DNA of 64,000 nt. It comes from Scyliorhinus canicula. Taxonomy: Eukaryota. The translations under genes and the position numbers were made by a program. Shown here in pieces: positions 1 to 11,536 of this stretch. How positions within the stretch are numbered: the stretch's first letter is position 1; each line of letters opens with the position of its first letter. The DNA is taken from NCBI RefSeq assembly GCF_902713615.1, contig NC_052157.1:14618566-14682565 (forward strand). The letters are read 5' to 3'. The notes beneath the pieces are model-generated. The model did not search any database. It was not told where the DNA came from and saw only the letters and a program-made list of their open reading frames with translations.

Positions 1-34
1 AGGGCACCGCCCACATTCCTGTTCTGATGGACAC

Positions 35-245
35 CATGGTCCTGTGGCATTTTGTTGGAAGAGGAAAATGGAAAGTTGTCATAATCCTGGCCAAAAGCTG
101 ATCTCAAACAAGATAATCCAGCCAGATGGTCAACTGATTGCTGTTTGTGCAAACCTGCCGTGCCGGGACGTGGCTGTCTCAGTTGCTGAGATAACAGGAG
201 TGACAGCGCTTCAAAAGTAATCATTCGACTTAGACGGCATTCAAA
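35..245 (+). mobile_element. DeuSINE (SacSINE1-like) fragment, old
   Basis: Degenerate match to other copies here (ttgctgtttgtg...cttcaaaagtaatcatt; cf. 2332-2490, 34168-34505). Confidence 0.55.
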
Positions 246-647
246 GGAAATTCATGGCACTGTATGTATGTGTGCATGCTGTTTCAGAGTTTAGGCAGGT
301 TCACGGAAGGATGTACGATTTTGCAATTTTGCAGCTCTCAGTAAGCAAACCTTTCCCCCTCTGCAGAATAATTGTGAAGTCTGCAGAGGAGCAGGCGAAA
401 AATAATCACACACAAATTAGCTGCTTTTTATCATTTGCTGGCTAACCTCGCAGGCTCCCAGGGTGTTGCATTACAGTGATGATGACAGATGTCTGAAATG
501 TGACATGCTCGCGGCCAGATTTCAACTCCCTTCCCTCATCTTGGTTGCTATCAGCAAAAGACACACACACACATAGCTGGCCAGAGCTGTGACTTTAACA
601 CCAGCCTTATCTCTCCTGGCTGCAATTTTCTCCCTCTCTCTTCCATA

Positions 648-672
648 CCCCCCCCCCCCCCCCCCCCCCCCC
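648..672. repeat. poly(C) run, 25 nt
   Basis: Direct read. Confidence 0.9.
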
Positions 673-940
673 AACCTACTCAACCCCACCGCTCCCTCCC
701 CCACTCCTGCCAATCTCCATACATACCCATTTTGAAACTGTGATTTAATCCTGATAAGACAGCAAAAAAAGCATCAAACTTGCAGAGGAGCATTTCAAAT
801 CGCCAAATGCTGTCATCAACCAGCACTTTAGTTTGAGAGATGGGATATTTTAACAATGTATATAATTCAACCGCGAGGAAAATCTAACTTCATACCCTCT
901 GCCTAATTCCAACAACCCCCCCCCACTACCACTTCTCAAA

Positions 941-1247
941 GAATCTTCGAATTCCTACAATGCAGAAGGAGGCCATTCGGTCCATCGAGATTGCACTGAA
1001 CCTCTGAAAGAGCACCAACCCAGGCCCACGCCCCAACCCTAGCCTCATAACCCCACCTAACTCGCCCATCTTTGGGCACTAATGGTCAATTTTCGCACGG
1101 CCCATCCACCTAACATGCACATATTTGGGCTGTGGGAGGAAACCGGAGCCCCCGGAGGAAATCCGCGCAGATACAGCAAGATTGCCCGAGGCTGTAATTG
1201 AACCCGGGACCCTGACGCTGTGAGGCAGCAGTGCTACCACGTGCCGT
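941..1247 (-). mobile_element. HE1-type V-SINE with CR1-like tail, diverged
   Basis: Reverse of tRNA head, V-domain (GGTTTCCTCCCACAG) and tail (ccgaatggcctccttctgca). Confidence 0.9.
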
Positions 1248-1398
1248 CTCCTTTCCTGAGGACCCTGATTCAAGCTGGGTGACGCACAGGAGCTTCAAAC
1301 CAGCCTCACAGTGAGCTGCCACTTTAGGTGTCGGCTGTAGGTCAATAGGTGGCAGTCTCAGCTGTGAGACTGCATATTGCCAGGTCAAGCTCCTGCTG

Positions 1399-1742
1399 CA
1401 GGGTTACGATTGCCAACCTTCCAGGATTGGCCTGGAATCTCCGGAAATTGAACATCAAAGTCCAGATGCACAACATTGGAGAAAAATCACCACGTTTTAA
1501 AAAATATTATATTTTTGTTCTCATTAGATACAAAGATACTGAAAAGAGGCGGGTGGGGAGGAACTGTTTGCTGAGGATAAAGCATCATCCAGCTGTGTTG
1601 TAAGTCTCTTTGTTTCCCAGTTGGAGTAGGAAGGCCATGCATCACGAGGATGGATGTGTTGGCCAACTAATGGTTGGAGGGTTGGGGCAAAGTCGCGTGA
1701 TGAAATCTTCAAGACTACATTTAATCACAGTTGACAACCTTG
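1399..1742 (+). mobile_element. hAT-like (Blackjack-type) MITE, old
   Basis: Ends ...ttgccaacc / gttgacaacc resemble a TAGGGTTGCCA TIR; internal sequence repeated at 38320-38632. Confidence 0.55.
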
Positions 1743-1743
1743 T

Positions 1744-2490
1744 TTGAGCATAAAATTCAGACTGGCACTCCAGCGCAGCAGTGAGGGAGTGCTGCTCTGT
1801 TGGGTGAGTTGCCCTTCGTACGAGGTCCTGTCAGCCCTCTCAGATGAATGTACACTATCCCATTCTGAAGAAGAGCAGGGTGTTCTCCGTGGTGTACTGG
1901 CCAATGTTCATCCCTCGACCAGCATCACTAAAACAGATCACTGGTTATTTGTGTAATAGCCCGCGCGGGGTCTACTGGGTGGGAATAATGATCTTCCCTG
2001 TGGTCCTTACTGAGTATACGGGCTCCCCCGCTAGGGGATCCAGAAAGGAACCAGGTGGGGATCCACCGGGCTGCGTATATATTGTGATATAAATAAAAAT
2101 TTTGTATTCGATATACTCTCCCTGTGTCCTTATTAAACTGGCGATGAGGAGTAAACTGGCTTGCTGTCGACGCTGCAACCCACTCAACTGAGCCTCCTCC
2201 CAGATTTTCTGGACCCAGTTTAGGGTTTGCTTGATTCACCATACCTCTGTTCGGGCGGTTAGATGCATTTGACGCCGGTGTTAAAGACTGGAACCAATAC
2301 GTAGAAAGTATGCACTGCTGCTTCCGGGCCATAGTGAATTGCTGTTTGTGGGAGCTTGCTGTGCACAAATTGCCTGCTGCCACATTTCTTACATCACAAC
2401 AGTAACTACATTCAAAATGACCCCGCTGGCTGGATAGTGCTTTGGGGCATCCTGAGATTGTGAAAGGTGCTATATAAATGCAAGTCTTTC
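1744..2490 (+). mobile_element. DeuSINE (SacSINE1-like) split by Gypsy fragment 1952-2331
   Basis: gagggagtgctgc...gaagaagagcaggg...aaaacagat, resuming ttgctgtttgtgggagcttgctgtg...gctatataaatgcaagtctttc. Confidence 0.8.
1952..2331 (+). mobile_element. Gypsy (Mag-like) 5' fragment: LTR 1952-~2138, PBS, gag start
   Basis: TGTAATAG start, AATAAA, PBS TGGCGATGAG at 2139 (cf. TGGCGACGAG at 51569), gag N-terminus (I)PLFGRLDAFDAGVKDWNQYVE. Confidence 0.75.
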
Positions 2491-2602
2491 ATCCTCACAA
2501 AACATAATCACATTTGTTGCCTCTTGGAAACCCAGTATACCAGCTCTCTTTTCTGTCCTCAACTACTTTGCTGATGTATGTTCTGGGAAATATCCATATG
2601 GA

Positions 2603-2775
2603 TCATAAGAAGAAGGAACAGGAGTGGGAGTAGGCCATTCAGCCCCTCGAGCCATTTGATAAGATCATGGCTGATCTGATTGTGGACTCATATCCACATT
2701 CCAGTTTACCCTCTTTAACTTTTGAAGCCCTTGATCAGGAATCAATGTCACACAGCCTGAAATGTTCAGCGGCCA
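2603..2775 (-). mobile_element. CR1 LINE 3' end fragment
   Basis: cataagaa...ggagtaggccattcagcccctcgag...gatcatggctgatct is a reversed CR1 3' UTR. Confidence 0.7.
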
Positions 2776-2941
2776 TGGGCCAAATTTTCACTCCTGAGTT
2801 GGGGGTACAATGTTTGTAAAATCCCCAACTCCACAAACCCGACTCAGCAGAAAGTGCCCCAGATCTCCTCATTTTATTTCCGGGGGTAGGGGTTGTAACT
2901 GGAGTTGGGCTCGCCAATGCCAGAAAGATTTTGGAGGCAGT

Positions 2942-3325
2942 TGATGTGTTAGCTTGTGTAGGCTTGAGAGATGAACAGACACTTCCAACACTGATGAAGG
3001 TTCAACTCAATTTTATTAACTACTTCTAACTAACTAACACACGATGACTGTGGGTCTAAATGATGCTAACTTGAACTAGAGACCTAAGCCTTGTCCGAAC
3101 CAGTTGTTTCTCTCAGCACGTGTTGTGAGTCCGTGCTGGGCTGAATAGGTTCCTGTTACACTCAGAGGCAGCACCCAGAATGAGCGGGAACCGTGGTGCC
3201 CTCTGCCTTTATAGTGTGTGTATTCTAACTGGTGATTGGCTGCGGTGTTTGTACATGTTGATTGGTCCCTGTGTGTGCCCATCAGTGTGTGTCTGCACCA
3301 TGATATATTGCTATATATTATGACA
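2942..3325 (-). mobile_element. Solo LTR (Gypsy type) with 5-bp TSD GCAGT
   Basis: TG...CA termini; GCAGT at 2937-2941 and 3326-3330; minus-strand TATAAA and AATAAA. Confidence 0.88.
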
Positions 3326-3807
3326 GCAGTCACAGGAGCTGCCATGTGCTGGAGAGAGTTGTGTGAAAGGCTTTGGTGCTTCCGGAATTGTAAGGAAAAG
3401 AATAGAACAAAAAGCAGCTCTCTTGCCCGCATCCCTCACACTTCCTCAACCCCATGCACCCTCTATACTCCGTTCATGCCACCTCATGTCAGCTTGTGCC
3501 CCCGCACCCATCCACCCACTCCTCAAGGCCCCTCATACCCTCCATGCCAATCTATGCCCCTTTACCCACCCCTCCTTGGATCTTCATACCTTTACTCCAG
3601 CCTATGCCCTGTTAGCCACTCCCATAGCCTTTAACACCCCTACGTGTGAACTTAGTGCCAACCAATGCCAATTCATGTCCCCCCGATTTGCCACCTTTTA
3701 TCATTCCACCCTCCAGCGAAACCCAACCAGTATCCCATTATGAGCGGGCATAAGGGACCATGGTAAAAGGAAATAAAATAAAGTTCTGAAAGCCTATTGC
3801 AGTATTT

Positions 3808-3982
3808 TCTTTTTTTTTCTATAAATTTAGATTACCCAATTATTTTTTCCAATTAAGGGGCAATTTAGCGTGGCCAATCCACCTACTCTGCACATTTTTG
3901 GGTTGTGGGGGCGAAACCCACGCAGACACGGGGAGAATGTGCAAACTCCACACGGACAGTGACCCAGAGCCGGGATCGAACT
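3808..3982 (-). mobile_element. Short poly(A)-tailed HE1-derived SINE, 5' truncated
   Basis: 16-bp TSD GCCTATTGCAGTATTT (3792-3807, 3983-3998); T-run tail on the + strand. Confidence 0.92.
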
Positions 3983-4216
3983 GCCTATTGCAGTATTTAT
4001 AAAAAACACATATTAATTTAAAAAACCCTTTTACATTTCTTTAACTTCTTAATTTTTGACAAAAGCATATTAGGTGTTGGCTGTAGGTCAATGGTTGGCA
4101 AAAAGTGCAAACATTTAATTCAAGCACTAAATTCCTATGAAAAACACATTTGTGTTGAGTGCTCCAGATCAAAGATCTTCCACCCATTCGAAGCTGTCAA
4201 TTAAGCTGGGAACTGA

Positions 4217-5108
4217 CAGGCACCCCAGAAATATTGGGGAACATGAGGTTTAGTGACAGGGAGGAACTGAAGGAAATGAGCATTAGGAGGGAAATGGTGT
4301 TGGGAAAATTGATGGGATTGAAGGCCGATAAATCACCAGGACCTGATAATTTACATCCCAGAGTATTTAAGGAAGTGGCCCTAGAAATAATTGATGCATT
4401 GGTGGTCACCTTCCAAGATTCTATAGACTCTGGAGCAGTTCGTAAAGATTGGAAAGTAGCTAATGTAACCCCACTATTTAAAATGGAAGGAAAAGAGAAA
4501 ACAAGGAATTATAGACCAGTCAGCCTGACGTCGGTCGTGGGGAAAATGCTAGAGTTCATTGTCAAAGATTTTGTAGCAGAGCACTTACAAAACAGTGGCA
4601 GAATCGGACAGAATCAGCGTGGATCTAAGAAAGAAAAATCATGCTTGACAAATCTACTGGAATTCTTCGAGGATGTCACTCGTAGAGTTGATGAGGGGGA
4701 ACCAGTGGATGTGGTTTATTTGGATTTTCAGAAGACTTTTGACAAAGTCCCACGAAAGAGATTAGCGTGTAAAATTAAAGTGCATGGGGTTGGGGGTAGT
4801 GTATTGGGATGGACAGAAAACTGGTTGGCACACAGGAAACAAAGAGTAGGAATAAACTGGTCTTTTTCCCAAGTGGCAGGCAGTGACTAGTGGGGTACCG
4901 CAGGGATCGGTGGTCGGACTACAGCTATTCACAATATATATTAATGATTTAGATGAGGGAACTAAATAGAATATCTCCAAATTTGCAGATGACACAAAGC
5001 TGGGTGGGAGGGTCATCTGTGAGGGGGATGCAGAGATGCTTCAATGTGATTGCGACAAGCTGAGTGAGTGGGCAAATTCATGACAGATGCAGTATAATGT
5101 GGATAAAT
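4217..5108 (+). pseudogene. CR1 LINE ORF2 reverse transcriptase fragment, frameshifted
   Basis: KSPGPDNLHPRVFKE, NYRPVSLTSVVGKMLE, KSCLTNLLEFFE, VVYLDFQKTFDKVP; then GVPQGSV and KFADD out of frame or after stops. Confidence 0.95.
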
Positions 5109-5149
5109 AGGAGGGGGTGGGGGAGGGTGAGTTGGGGGGGGGGGGCAGC

Positions 5150-5295
5150 CAAATTGTACACAGCAAGTGCCAAGAACATCAGTGAGGAGATAATCTGGTA
5201 TTTTATGCTGTTCGTTGAGAGATGAAAATATTGGCCAGGACATTGGGGGAAGTTCACCTGATCTTCTTCAGAATAGTAACTTGGGATTTTTCAGC
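5150..5295 (-). mobile_element. DeuSINE (SacSINE1-like) fragment
   Basis: ggcagccaaattgtacacagcaag...aatattggccaggaca is the reverse of the Deu domain. Confidence 0.6.
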
Positions 5296-5694
5296 TCTGC
5301 TCGTGTGTCTGACAATTAATGCAATTGCTGCTATCCCAATCCCAAAGAAACAGATTTCAACGTACTGCCCTCCGTTTCAAAATGTCAGCAAAACACCTTC
5401 CCGTCAATCAGTCCCATACAAATGACCTTTGGCCTTCCTCTGTTCTGTAATGGGTGTCATCTCATGCAAGGAAAGTCGGATGCTGACAGCAGGATTAAGC
5501 TCCCAAAGGTGTCCCCGGCAGCCGAGAGGTCAATGGCATTCTGAGTAGCTGTTTTACACCAACAACCCGAAGCCAATGTGGCATTATTATGCCACGGCAA
5601 AGCCCTTCTCTTGTCTATTTTGTCAGATAGGTTTTTCAGCCGGCGCAATATGTTGTCACTTTTACGAAGAAAAATGAAAAGAAAGTTGTTGAGG

Positions 5695-5850
5695 TATGAA
5701 ATAAAGTTAGAAGATGCTGGAAATAGACAGCAGTCCTGTCAGAGTCTGTGGAAGTGCAACGATCCAGAATATTAGGCCAACATCTCTCTTCACCCATCAA
5801 CCAGATGCGATTTTCGACCATTTTCTGTTTTTATTTCATGTTTTGTGCTT
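5695..5850. mobile_element. Old Penelope-derived palindromic remnant
   Basis: agatgctggaaat...cattttctgtttttatttca; similar to 33020-33200 and 47837-47939. Confidence 0.45.
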
Positions 5851-6628
5851 TCCTACACCTTTTCCATTAGGTGTGTTCAACCTGTGGCTGCAGAATTCTT
5901 CCAACCAAAATGCTACACTTCAAGCATCCAGACTTTTTTTTGCGCTTGAGACTTCTTGTCAGCTGGGTTATCCTGTTTGAACATCATGGGATCATTTGCC
6001 ACATTAAAGGCATTGTGTGAGTGCAGGCTGTTGTTGCTATGTTATGCCATTGTCAGTTAATTCCCAAATCAGGACTCCAAGGCAACCTGCAGCTGTATGT
6101 CTGACTATTGCTGTGGTGTTCAGTCTGGTCACAAGGGGAGAGATTTAACTATCGGAGGTAGAGCAGCCAAGAATTGCTAGAATGATTCTGGTTTCAGGAG
6201 TCTGGATTGCAAGGAAACATTGGCAAGACTCCGAAGTTCCAGCCTAGAGGAGATGTTTGAGTAGTAACATTATGTAACAATATAAAATCATAAATAGTAT
6301 TAAGAAGGCAAACTGGGAATGATTGCACATTTTGTATCTTGGATCTCTTCAGTGATGGCAGTCGCTTCTATTTCTGTATGATCTTTACTTACAAGAGTTT
6401 TATGCAATGCTTTAAAATGTCTGCTCTATGCTGTTAGCTCTAGCTTCTAGCTTTTCAGCAACTTCTAGGTGGTCTCCTTGTGACTGCACCAATGATAATG
6501 CCAATGAAGGCACCAACAGGCACCAACGGGCACTATTCCAGTGTAATAACCAGGATGGCATCCGAAGGAAATGAAGTTCCAACATATGATTGCCCAGATC
6601 CCATGTCGGCTCCACAGTCCACAAAGAT

Positions 6629-6869
6629 TTTTTTTTTTTTTTTTTTTCTAAATTTAGATTACCCAATTATTTTTTCCAATTAAGGGGCAATTTAGCATGG
6701 CCAATCCACCTACTCTGCACATTTTTTTTTGGGTTGTGGGGGCGAAACCCACGCAGACACGGGGAGAATGTGCAAACTCCACACAGACAGTGACCCAGAG
6801 CCGGGATCGAACCTGGGACCTCAGCGCCGTGAGGCGGTTGTGCTAACCACTAGGCCACCGTGCTGCCCT
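6629..6869 (-). mobile_element. Short poly(A)-tailed HE1-derived SINE, full length, young
   Basis: 15-bp TSD ACAGTCCACAAAGAT (6614-6628, 6870-6884); A and B boxes; ~20-nt T-run tail. Confidence 0.95.
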
Positions 6870-6904
6870 ACAGTCCACAAAGATAAAGGCTTGAGCTTCA
6901 TGTC

Positions 6905-7455
6905 CAAGCAGTCTTGGGCCCCGTATCTAAGGAAGGGTGTGCAGGCCTTGGAAAGGGCCCAGAAGAGGCTCACAAGAATGATCCCTGGAATGAACAACTT
7001 GTTGTATGAGGAACGGTTGAGGTCTCTGGGTCGGTACTCGTTGGAGTTGAGAAGGATGAATGGGGGGGGGGGTTCTTATTGAAACTTACAGGATACTGCG
7101 AGACCTGGATAAAGTGGCCGTGGAGAGGTTGTTTCCACTAAGAGGAAAAACTAGAAACAGAGGGGACAATCTCAGACTAAAGGGACGATCCTTTAAAACA
7201 GAGATGAGGAGGAATTTCTTCAGCCAGAGGGTGATGAATCTGTGGAATTCTTTGCCGCAGAAGGCTGTGGAGGCCAAATCACTGAGTGTCTTTAAGACAG
7301 AGATAGATAGGTTCTTGATTAGTAAGGGGATCAAGGGCTATGGGGAGAAGGCAGGATAATGGGGATGACAAAAATGTCAGCCTTGATTGAATGGCGGAGA
7401 AGACTTGATGGGCCGAGTGGCCTAATTCTGCTCCTATGTCTAAGGGTCTTATGGT
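6905..7455 (+). mobile_element. CR1 LINE 3' end (ORF2 C-terminus and 3' UTR)
   Basis: WAPYLRK..ALERAQKRLTRMIPG, YEERL, RRNFFSQRVMNLWNSLP; tail cctaattctgctcctatgtc. Confidence 0.93.
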
Positions 7456-7743
7456 CTAAGTATTACCAAATAATGGGACAAACAATGGTTTGTGTTGACT
7501 AAGTGACTGCTAAGCTGAGTCCTGTTGTCTACTCATACATACTTTCCATTGTGGATTACTTCAGACTAAACAGCATTGAGAGGAACACATAGAAACAGGG
7601 GTGTTCATGTGCAACACGAGCTGGACAATATCCAGGCTTGGGAAGATAAGTGACACATAACATTCACGTCACACAACTACCAGGCAATGGCCATTTCTAA
7701 CAAAGGAGAATCTAACCATCTGCTCTTGACATTCAATGGAATT

Positions 7744-8093
7744 ATAGAACATAGAACATAGAACAGTACAGCACAGAACAGGCCCTTCGGCCCTCAATGT
7801 TGTGCCGAGCCATGATCACCCTACTCAAACCCACATATCCACCCTATACCCGTAACCCAACAACCCCCCTTAACCTTACTTTTATTAGGACACTACGGGC
7901 AATTTAGCCTGGCCAATCCACCTAACCCGCACATCTTTGGACTGTGGGAGGAAACCGGAGCACCCGGAGGAAACCCACGCAAACAGGGGGAGGACGTGCA
8001 GACTCCACACAGACAGTGACCCAGCCGGGAATCGAACCTGGGACCCTGGAGCTGTGAAGCATTTATGCTAACCACCATGCTACCCTGCTGCCC
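7744..8093 (-). mobile_element. HE1 V-SINE, full length
   Basis: tRNA head, V-domain, (CATAGAA)n tail on the + strand. Confidence 0.95.
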
Positions 8094-8665
8094 GTTGCTC
8101 GTTGCTCGTTGCTTAAAAGCCCCACTATCAACGCCTTGAGGGTTATCATTCACCAGAAACTAAATTGAATTAGGCACATAAATACTGTGTCCAAAAGAGT
8201 AGGTCAGAGGCCGGGCATTCTACAGAGAGTAACTTACCTCCTGATTCCCAAAGCCTGACCGCCATCTACTAGACTCAAATCAGGAGTGAGATGGAATACT
8301 CTCCTCTTTCCTGGATGTGTGCAGCTCCAGCAACTCTCTAGAATCTCAACACTGCCGAGGACAAAGCAACCCATTTGATTGAACCCCTCCTTCCAGTACT
8401 TTAAACATTCAATTCCTCCACCACTGACTCATACTGGCAGCAGCGTGTACCATTTACAAGACGCACTACAGAAACTCACCAAGGGTACTTCGACAGCACC
8501 GTCCAAATCCGCAACCTCGCTGACCTAAAAGGACAAGGGCAGATACAGGGGAACACAACCACCGTAAACTTCCCCTCCAAGTCACACTGCATATTGACTT
8601 GGAAATATATCGTCATTCCTTTACTGTCACTGGAACTCTCTGCTACTCGATTGTACCTACGTCAC

Positions 8666-8984
8666 ATAGAACATAGAGTGCAGAAGGGGGCCATTTGGCC
8701 CATCGAGTCTGCACCGATCCACTTAAGCCCTCACTTCCACCCTATCCCCATAACCTAATAATCCCTCCTAACCTTTTCGGTCACTAACGGCAATTTATCA
8801 TGGCCAATGGACCTAACCTGCACGTCTTTGGACTGTGGGAGGAAACCGGAGCAGCCGGAGGAAACCCACGCACACACGGGGAGAACGTTTAGGCTCCACA
8901 CAGACAGTGACCCAGCGGGGAATCGAACTGGGGCCCTGGCGCTGTGAAGCCAGAGTGCTATCCACTTGTGCTACTGCGCTGCCC
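8666..8984 (-). mobile_element. HE1 V-SINE, full length
   Basis: tRNA head, V-domain, CR1-like tail. Confidence 0.95.
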
Positions 8985-9324
8985 TGCAGCAGATCAGAAA
9001 GGTCACTCACTACCACCTTCACAAAGGTATTTATGGATGGGCAATGAATGGTGGCCTAGCCAATGATGCCCACCCCCCCGCGAAAGGAGTTAAAAAAACT
9101 GGAGTTTGCCATTCAATCTCTTATCGATTGTCTTATCCATATCTTAACACCATTTACCCAACTTGCTTTCATTCTCCAAGGAAAGAACAGGTCCTCTGTT
9201 GATTATTCCCCTCTCAACGCCAACACTTGCTTCTCGGCAGGTATTTATTTTTAATACTGTATAGGTTGAATTTGAAATAGTAGCAGTAAAAAGTGGATTC
9301 AAATCCAAGATGATAATATGTAAG

Positions 9325-9487
9325 TACAAAGAACAAAGAATAAAGAAAAGTATAGCACGGGAACAGGCCCTTCGGCCCTCCAACCCTGTGCCAATCATGA
9401 TGCCCTAAAAAAAAACCCTCTGCCCTTACTCAGTCCGTATCCCTCTATTTCCTCTCTTTCATATTTCCATCCAGATGCCTCTTAAAT
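9325..9487 (-). mobile_element. CR1 LINE 3' end fragment
   Basis: (ACAAAGA)n tail, gaacaggcccttcggccc; same family as 32039-32330. Confidence 0.8.
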
Positions 9488-9809
9488 AGTGATTCTGGAG
9501 GTCAAGCCTCTGATGAAAATAATGGAAGTGAGATAAATGAGTGATTGGCTGGCATCAGCAACATGACGCCCTATACCACAGGTCAGCCTATCTTTCTCTA
9601 TGGTGGCCACAATTCTGAGTAACCAGGAGTTCCAGAGGATATGTGCCACACTGGTCACTTCTGTCAACAAGCTGGACAAATACATGGCCAATATCTTTTG
9701 CGGAAAAGGAAGACAGGATGCATTCAGCTTGGAGCTGGTTACTTCCTCTCCTTCCCCAACCCTCTTTGGACCACCAATCTTGCTCCAGACCATTTGATCT
9801 ATTCATTGA

Positions 9810-10070
9810 AAAAAGGAAAAGACTTGCGCGTCTGCAGCGCTTTCAACAACCTCATCCAAAAAACACTTTACTGGTTCATTAACATCTGAAGTCTGGTCAC
9901 TGTTGTAATGTAGAAACTGTAGCAACCAATGTGCACAGCAAGCTCGCTCAAACAGCATTGTGACATTGATCAGCTAATCTGTTTTAGTGATGCTGGTTAA
10001 GGGATGAATATTGGCTCGGCCACCGGAGGGAACTTCCCTACTCTCCCTCAAAACCGGATCTTTTACGTTC
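9810..10070 (-). mobile_element. DeuSINE (SacSINE1-like)
   Basis: aaagacttgc...cactgttgtaatgtagaaac...gaatattggc; remainder near 10400-10465. Confidence 0.7.
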
Positions 10071-10150
10071 GTCGTGGGGCGGAATGTTACGCCGGTGAGA
10101 TTTTATGATGCCAGCGAAGTCAGTGGACCTTTGAATGCCTCGCCACATTT

Positions 10151-10328
10151 TAATAATAATAATAATAATAACCTTTTATTGTCACAAGTATGAAGTTACT
10201 GTGAAAAGCCCCTAGCCACCACATTCCGGCGCCTGCTCAGGTGAGCTGGTACGGGAATTGTACCCACGCTGCTGGCCTTGTTCTGCATCATAAACCAGCT
10301 GTCTAGCCCACTGAGCTAAACCAGCCCC
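10151..10328 (-). mobile_element. Short tRNA-derived SINE (GGGGCTGGTTTAG head, ...GTGACAATAA tail)
   Basis: A/B box head; tail ccggaatgtgg...ctaggggcttttcacagtaacttca; (TAA)n on +. Confidence 0.85.
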
Positions 10329-10487
10329 GTGTATAGCCCAGCCCATCCTCCGCTCCCGCCACGACAGTGGCTGTACAATCCCCGCCTTTGGTGTAACAGA
10401 TCAGCTGAAAGACAGCAATTCAGACGGTGCACATTCCTCCAGTGTGGCATTGAAGTGTCAGTCTGGTAATTGGGGTTCAGGAATCTG

Positions 10488-11197
10488 GGGTGGGATTCTC
10501 CCCTACCCGGCGGGCGGGGGTCCCGGCGGGATGGAGTGGCGTGAACCACTCCGGCGTCGACCCGCCCCAAAGGTGCGGAGGTCTGTGCACCTTAAGGGGC
10601 CAAGACCTAACCTTGAGGGGCTCGGCCTGCGCCGGAGAGGTTGCGCCCACCGGTCGGTGGCAACGGCCTTTGGCGCCACGCCAGCTGGTGCCGAAGGGAC
10701 TTCGCTGGCCGGCGGAAGTCTGCGCATGCGCCTGAATGTCAGCGGCTGCTGACGTCATCCCCGCGCATGTGCAGGGGAGGGGGTCACTTCCGCTTTCTCC
10801 ATCGTGAAGACAATGGCGAACGTGGAAGGAAAAGAGTGCCCCCACGGCACAGGCCCACCCGCCGATCGGTGGGCCCCAATCGCGGGCCAGGCCACCGTGG
10901 GGGCACCCCCCCGGGCCAGATCGCCCAGGACCCCGGAGCCTGCCTGCGCCGCCTGGTCCCGCCAGTAAAGTAGGTGGTTTGATTCATGCCAGCGGGACCG
11001 GCATGGCAGCGGCGGGACTTCAGCCCATCGCGGGCCGGAGAATCGCCGGGGGGGGGGGCCTGCCGACAGGCGCGGCGCGATTCCCGCCCCCGCCGAATCT
11101 CTGGTGCCGGAGACTTCGGGAGACGGCGGGGGCGGGATTCACGCCGGCCCCCAGCGATTCTCCAACCCGGCGGGGGGGGGGTTGGAGAATCCCTCCC
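10488..11197. mobile_element. GC-rich PIF/Harbinger-like MITE, ~710 bp
   Basis: TIRs GGGTGGGATTCTCC / GGAGAATCCCTCCC; flanks CTG / CAG (3 bp, 1 mismatch); internal homology to 29487-30186 and 59506-59900. Confidence 0.82.
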
Positions 11198-11329
11198 CAG
11201 GTGTGCAACTTGAATACAGCGTGGATCGTGCTGCCTAGTGGGCCATGGCTGACAATTTGGGAGCTGTCTTCCAATGTGCTCCATGTGGTTTAAGATAATT
11301 GGCACAAAGAACTGGAGGTGGCATAAGCA

Positions 11330-11536
11330 AGAAAACATTTTGCGTGAGTTGTTATGATCTGGAATCTACTGAAAAGGTGGCAGAAGCAGATTTAATAATG
11401 ACTTTCAAAAGGTAATTGGATAAATACTTGAGGGGAATATATCTGCAGGACTATGAGGAAAAAGCAGGCAAGTGGGATACTTTATTTTCAAAATGTTGGG
11501 CCAAATGGCCTCCTTCTGCGCTGCGTGATTCTATGA
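11330..11536 (+). mobile_element. Old CR1 3' fragment
   Basis: gttatgatctggaat...ggataaatacttga...ccaaatggcctccttctg...ttctatga. Confidence 0.7.

Larger units (their letters stand above)
7615..9075 (+). mobile_element. CR1/L2-superfamily LINE 3' fragment interrupted by two HE1 SINEs
   Basis: Degenerate ORF2 (atctactagactcaaatcaggagtgagatggaatac ~ IYKAQVRSVMEY); 3' tail ggatgggcaatgaatg...gatgcccac shared with the SINE at 49734. Confidence 0.75.

Noticed and set aside
4159-4890. Active reverse transcriptase gene
   Set aside because: No endonuclease domain, frameshift before the catalytic motif and stops downstream: a dead CR1 fragment.
5627-5693. Small coding exon (DRFFSRRNMLSLLRRKMKRKLLR) with AG/GT borders
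   Set aside because: No recognisable homology or partner exons, and the donor abuts a repeat remnant. Not supportable without RNA data.
9488-9810. Protein-like unique stretch or processed pseudogene
   Set aside because: Short ORFs on both strands with no recognisable motif; the longer ones run into a SINE.
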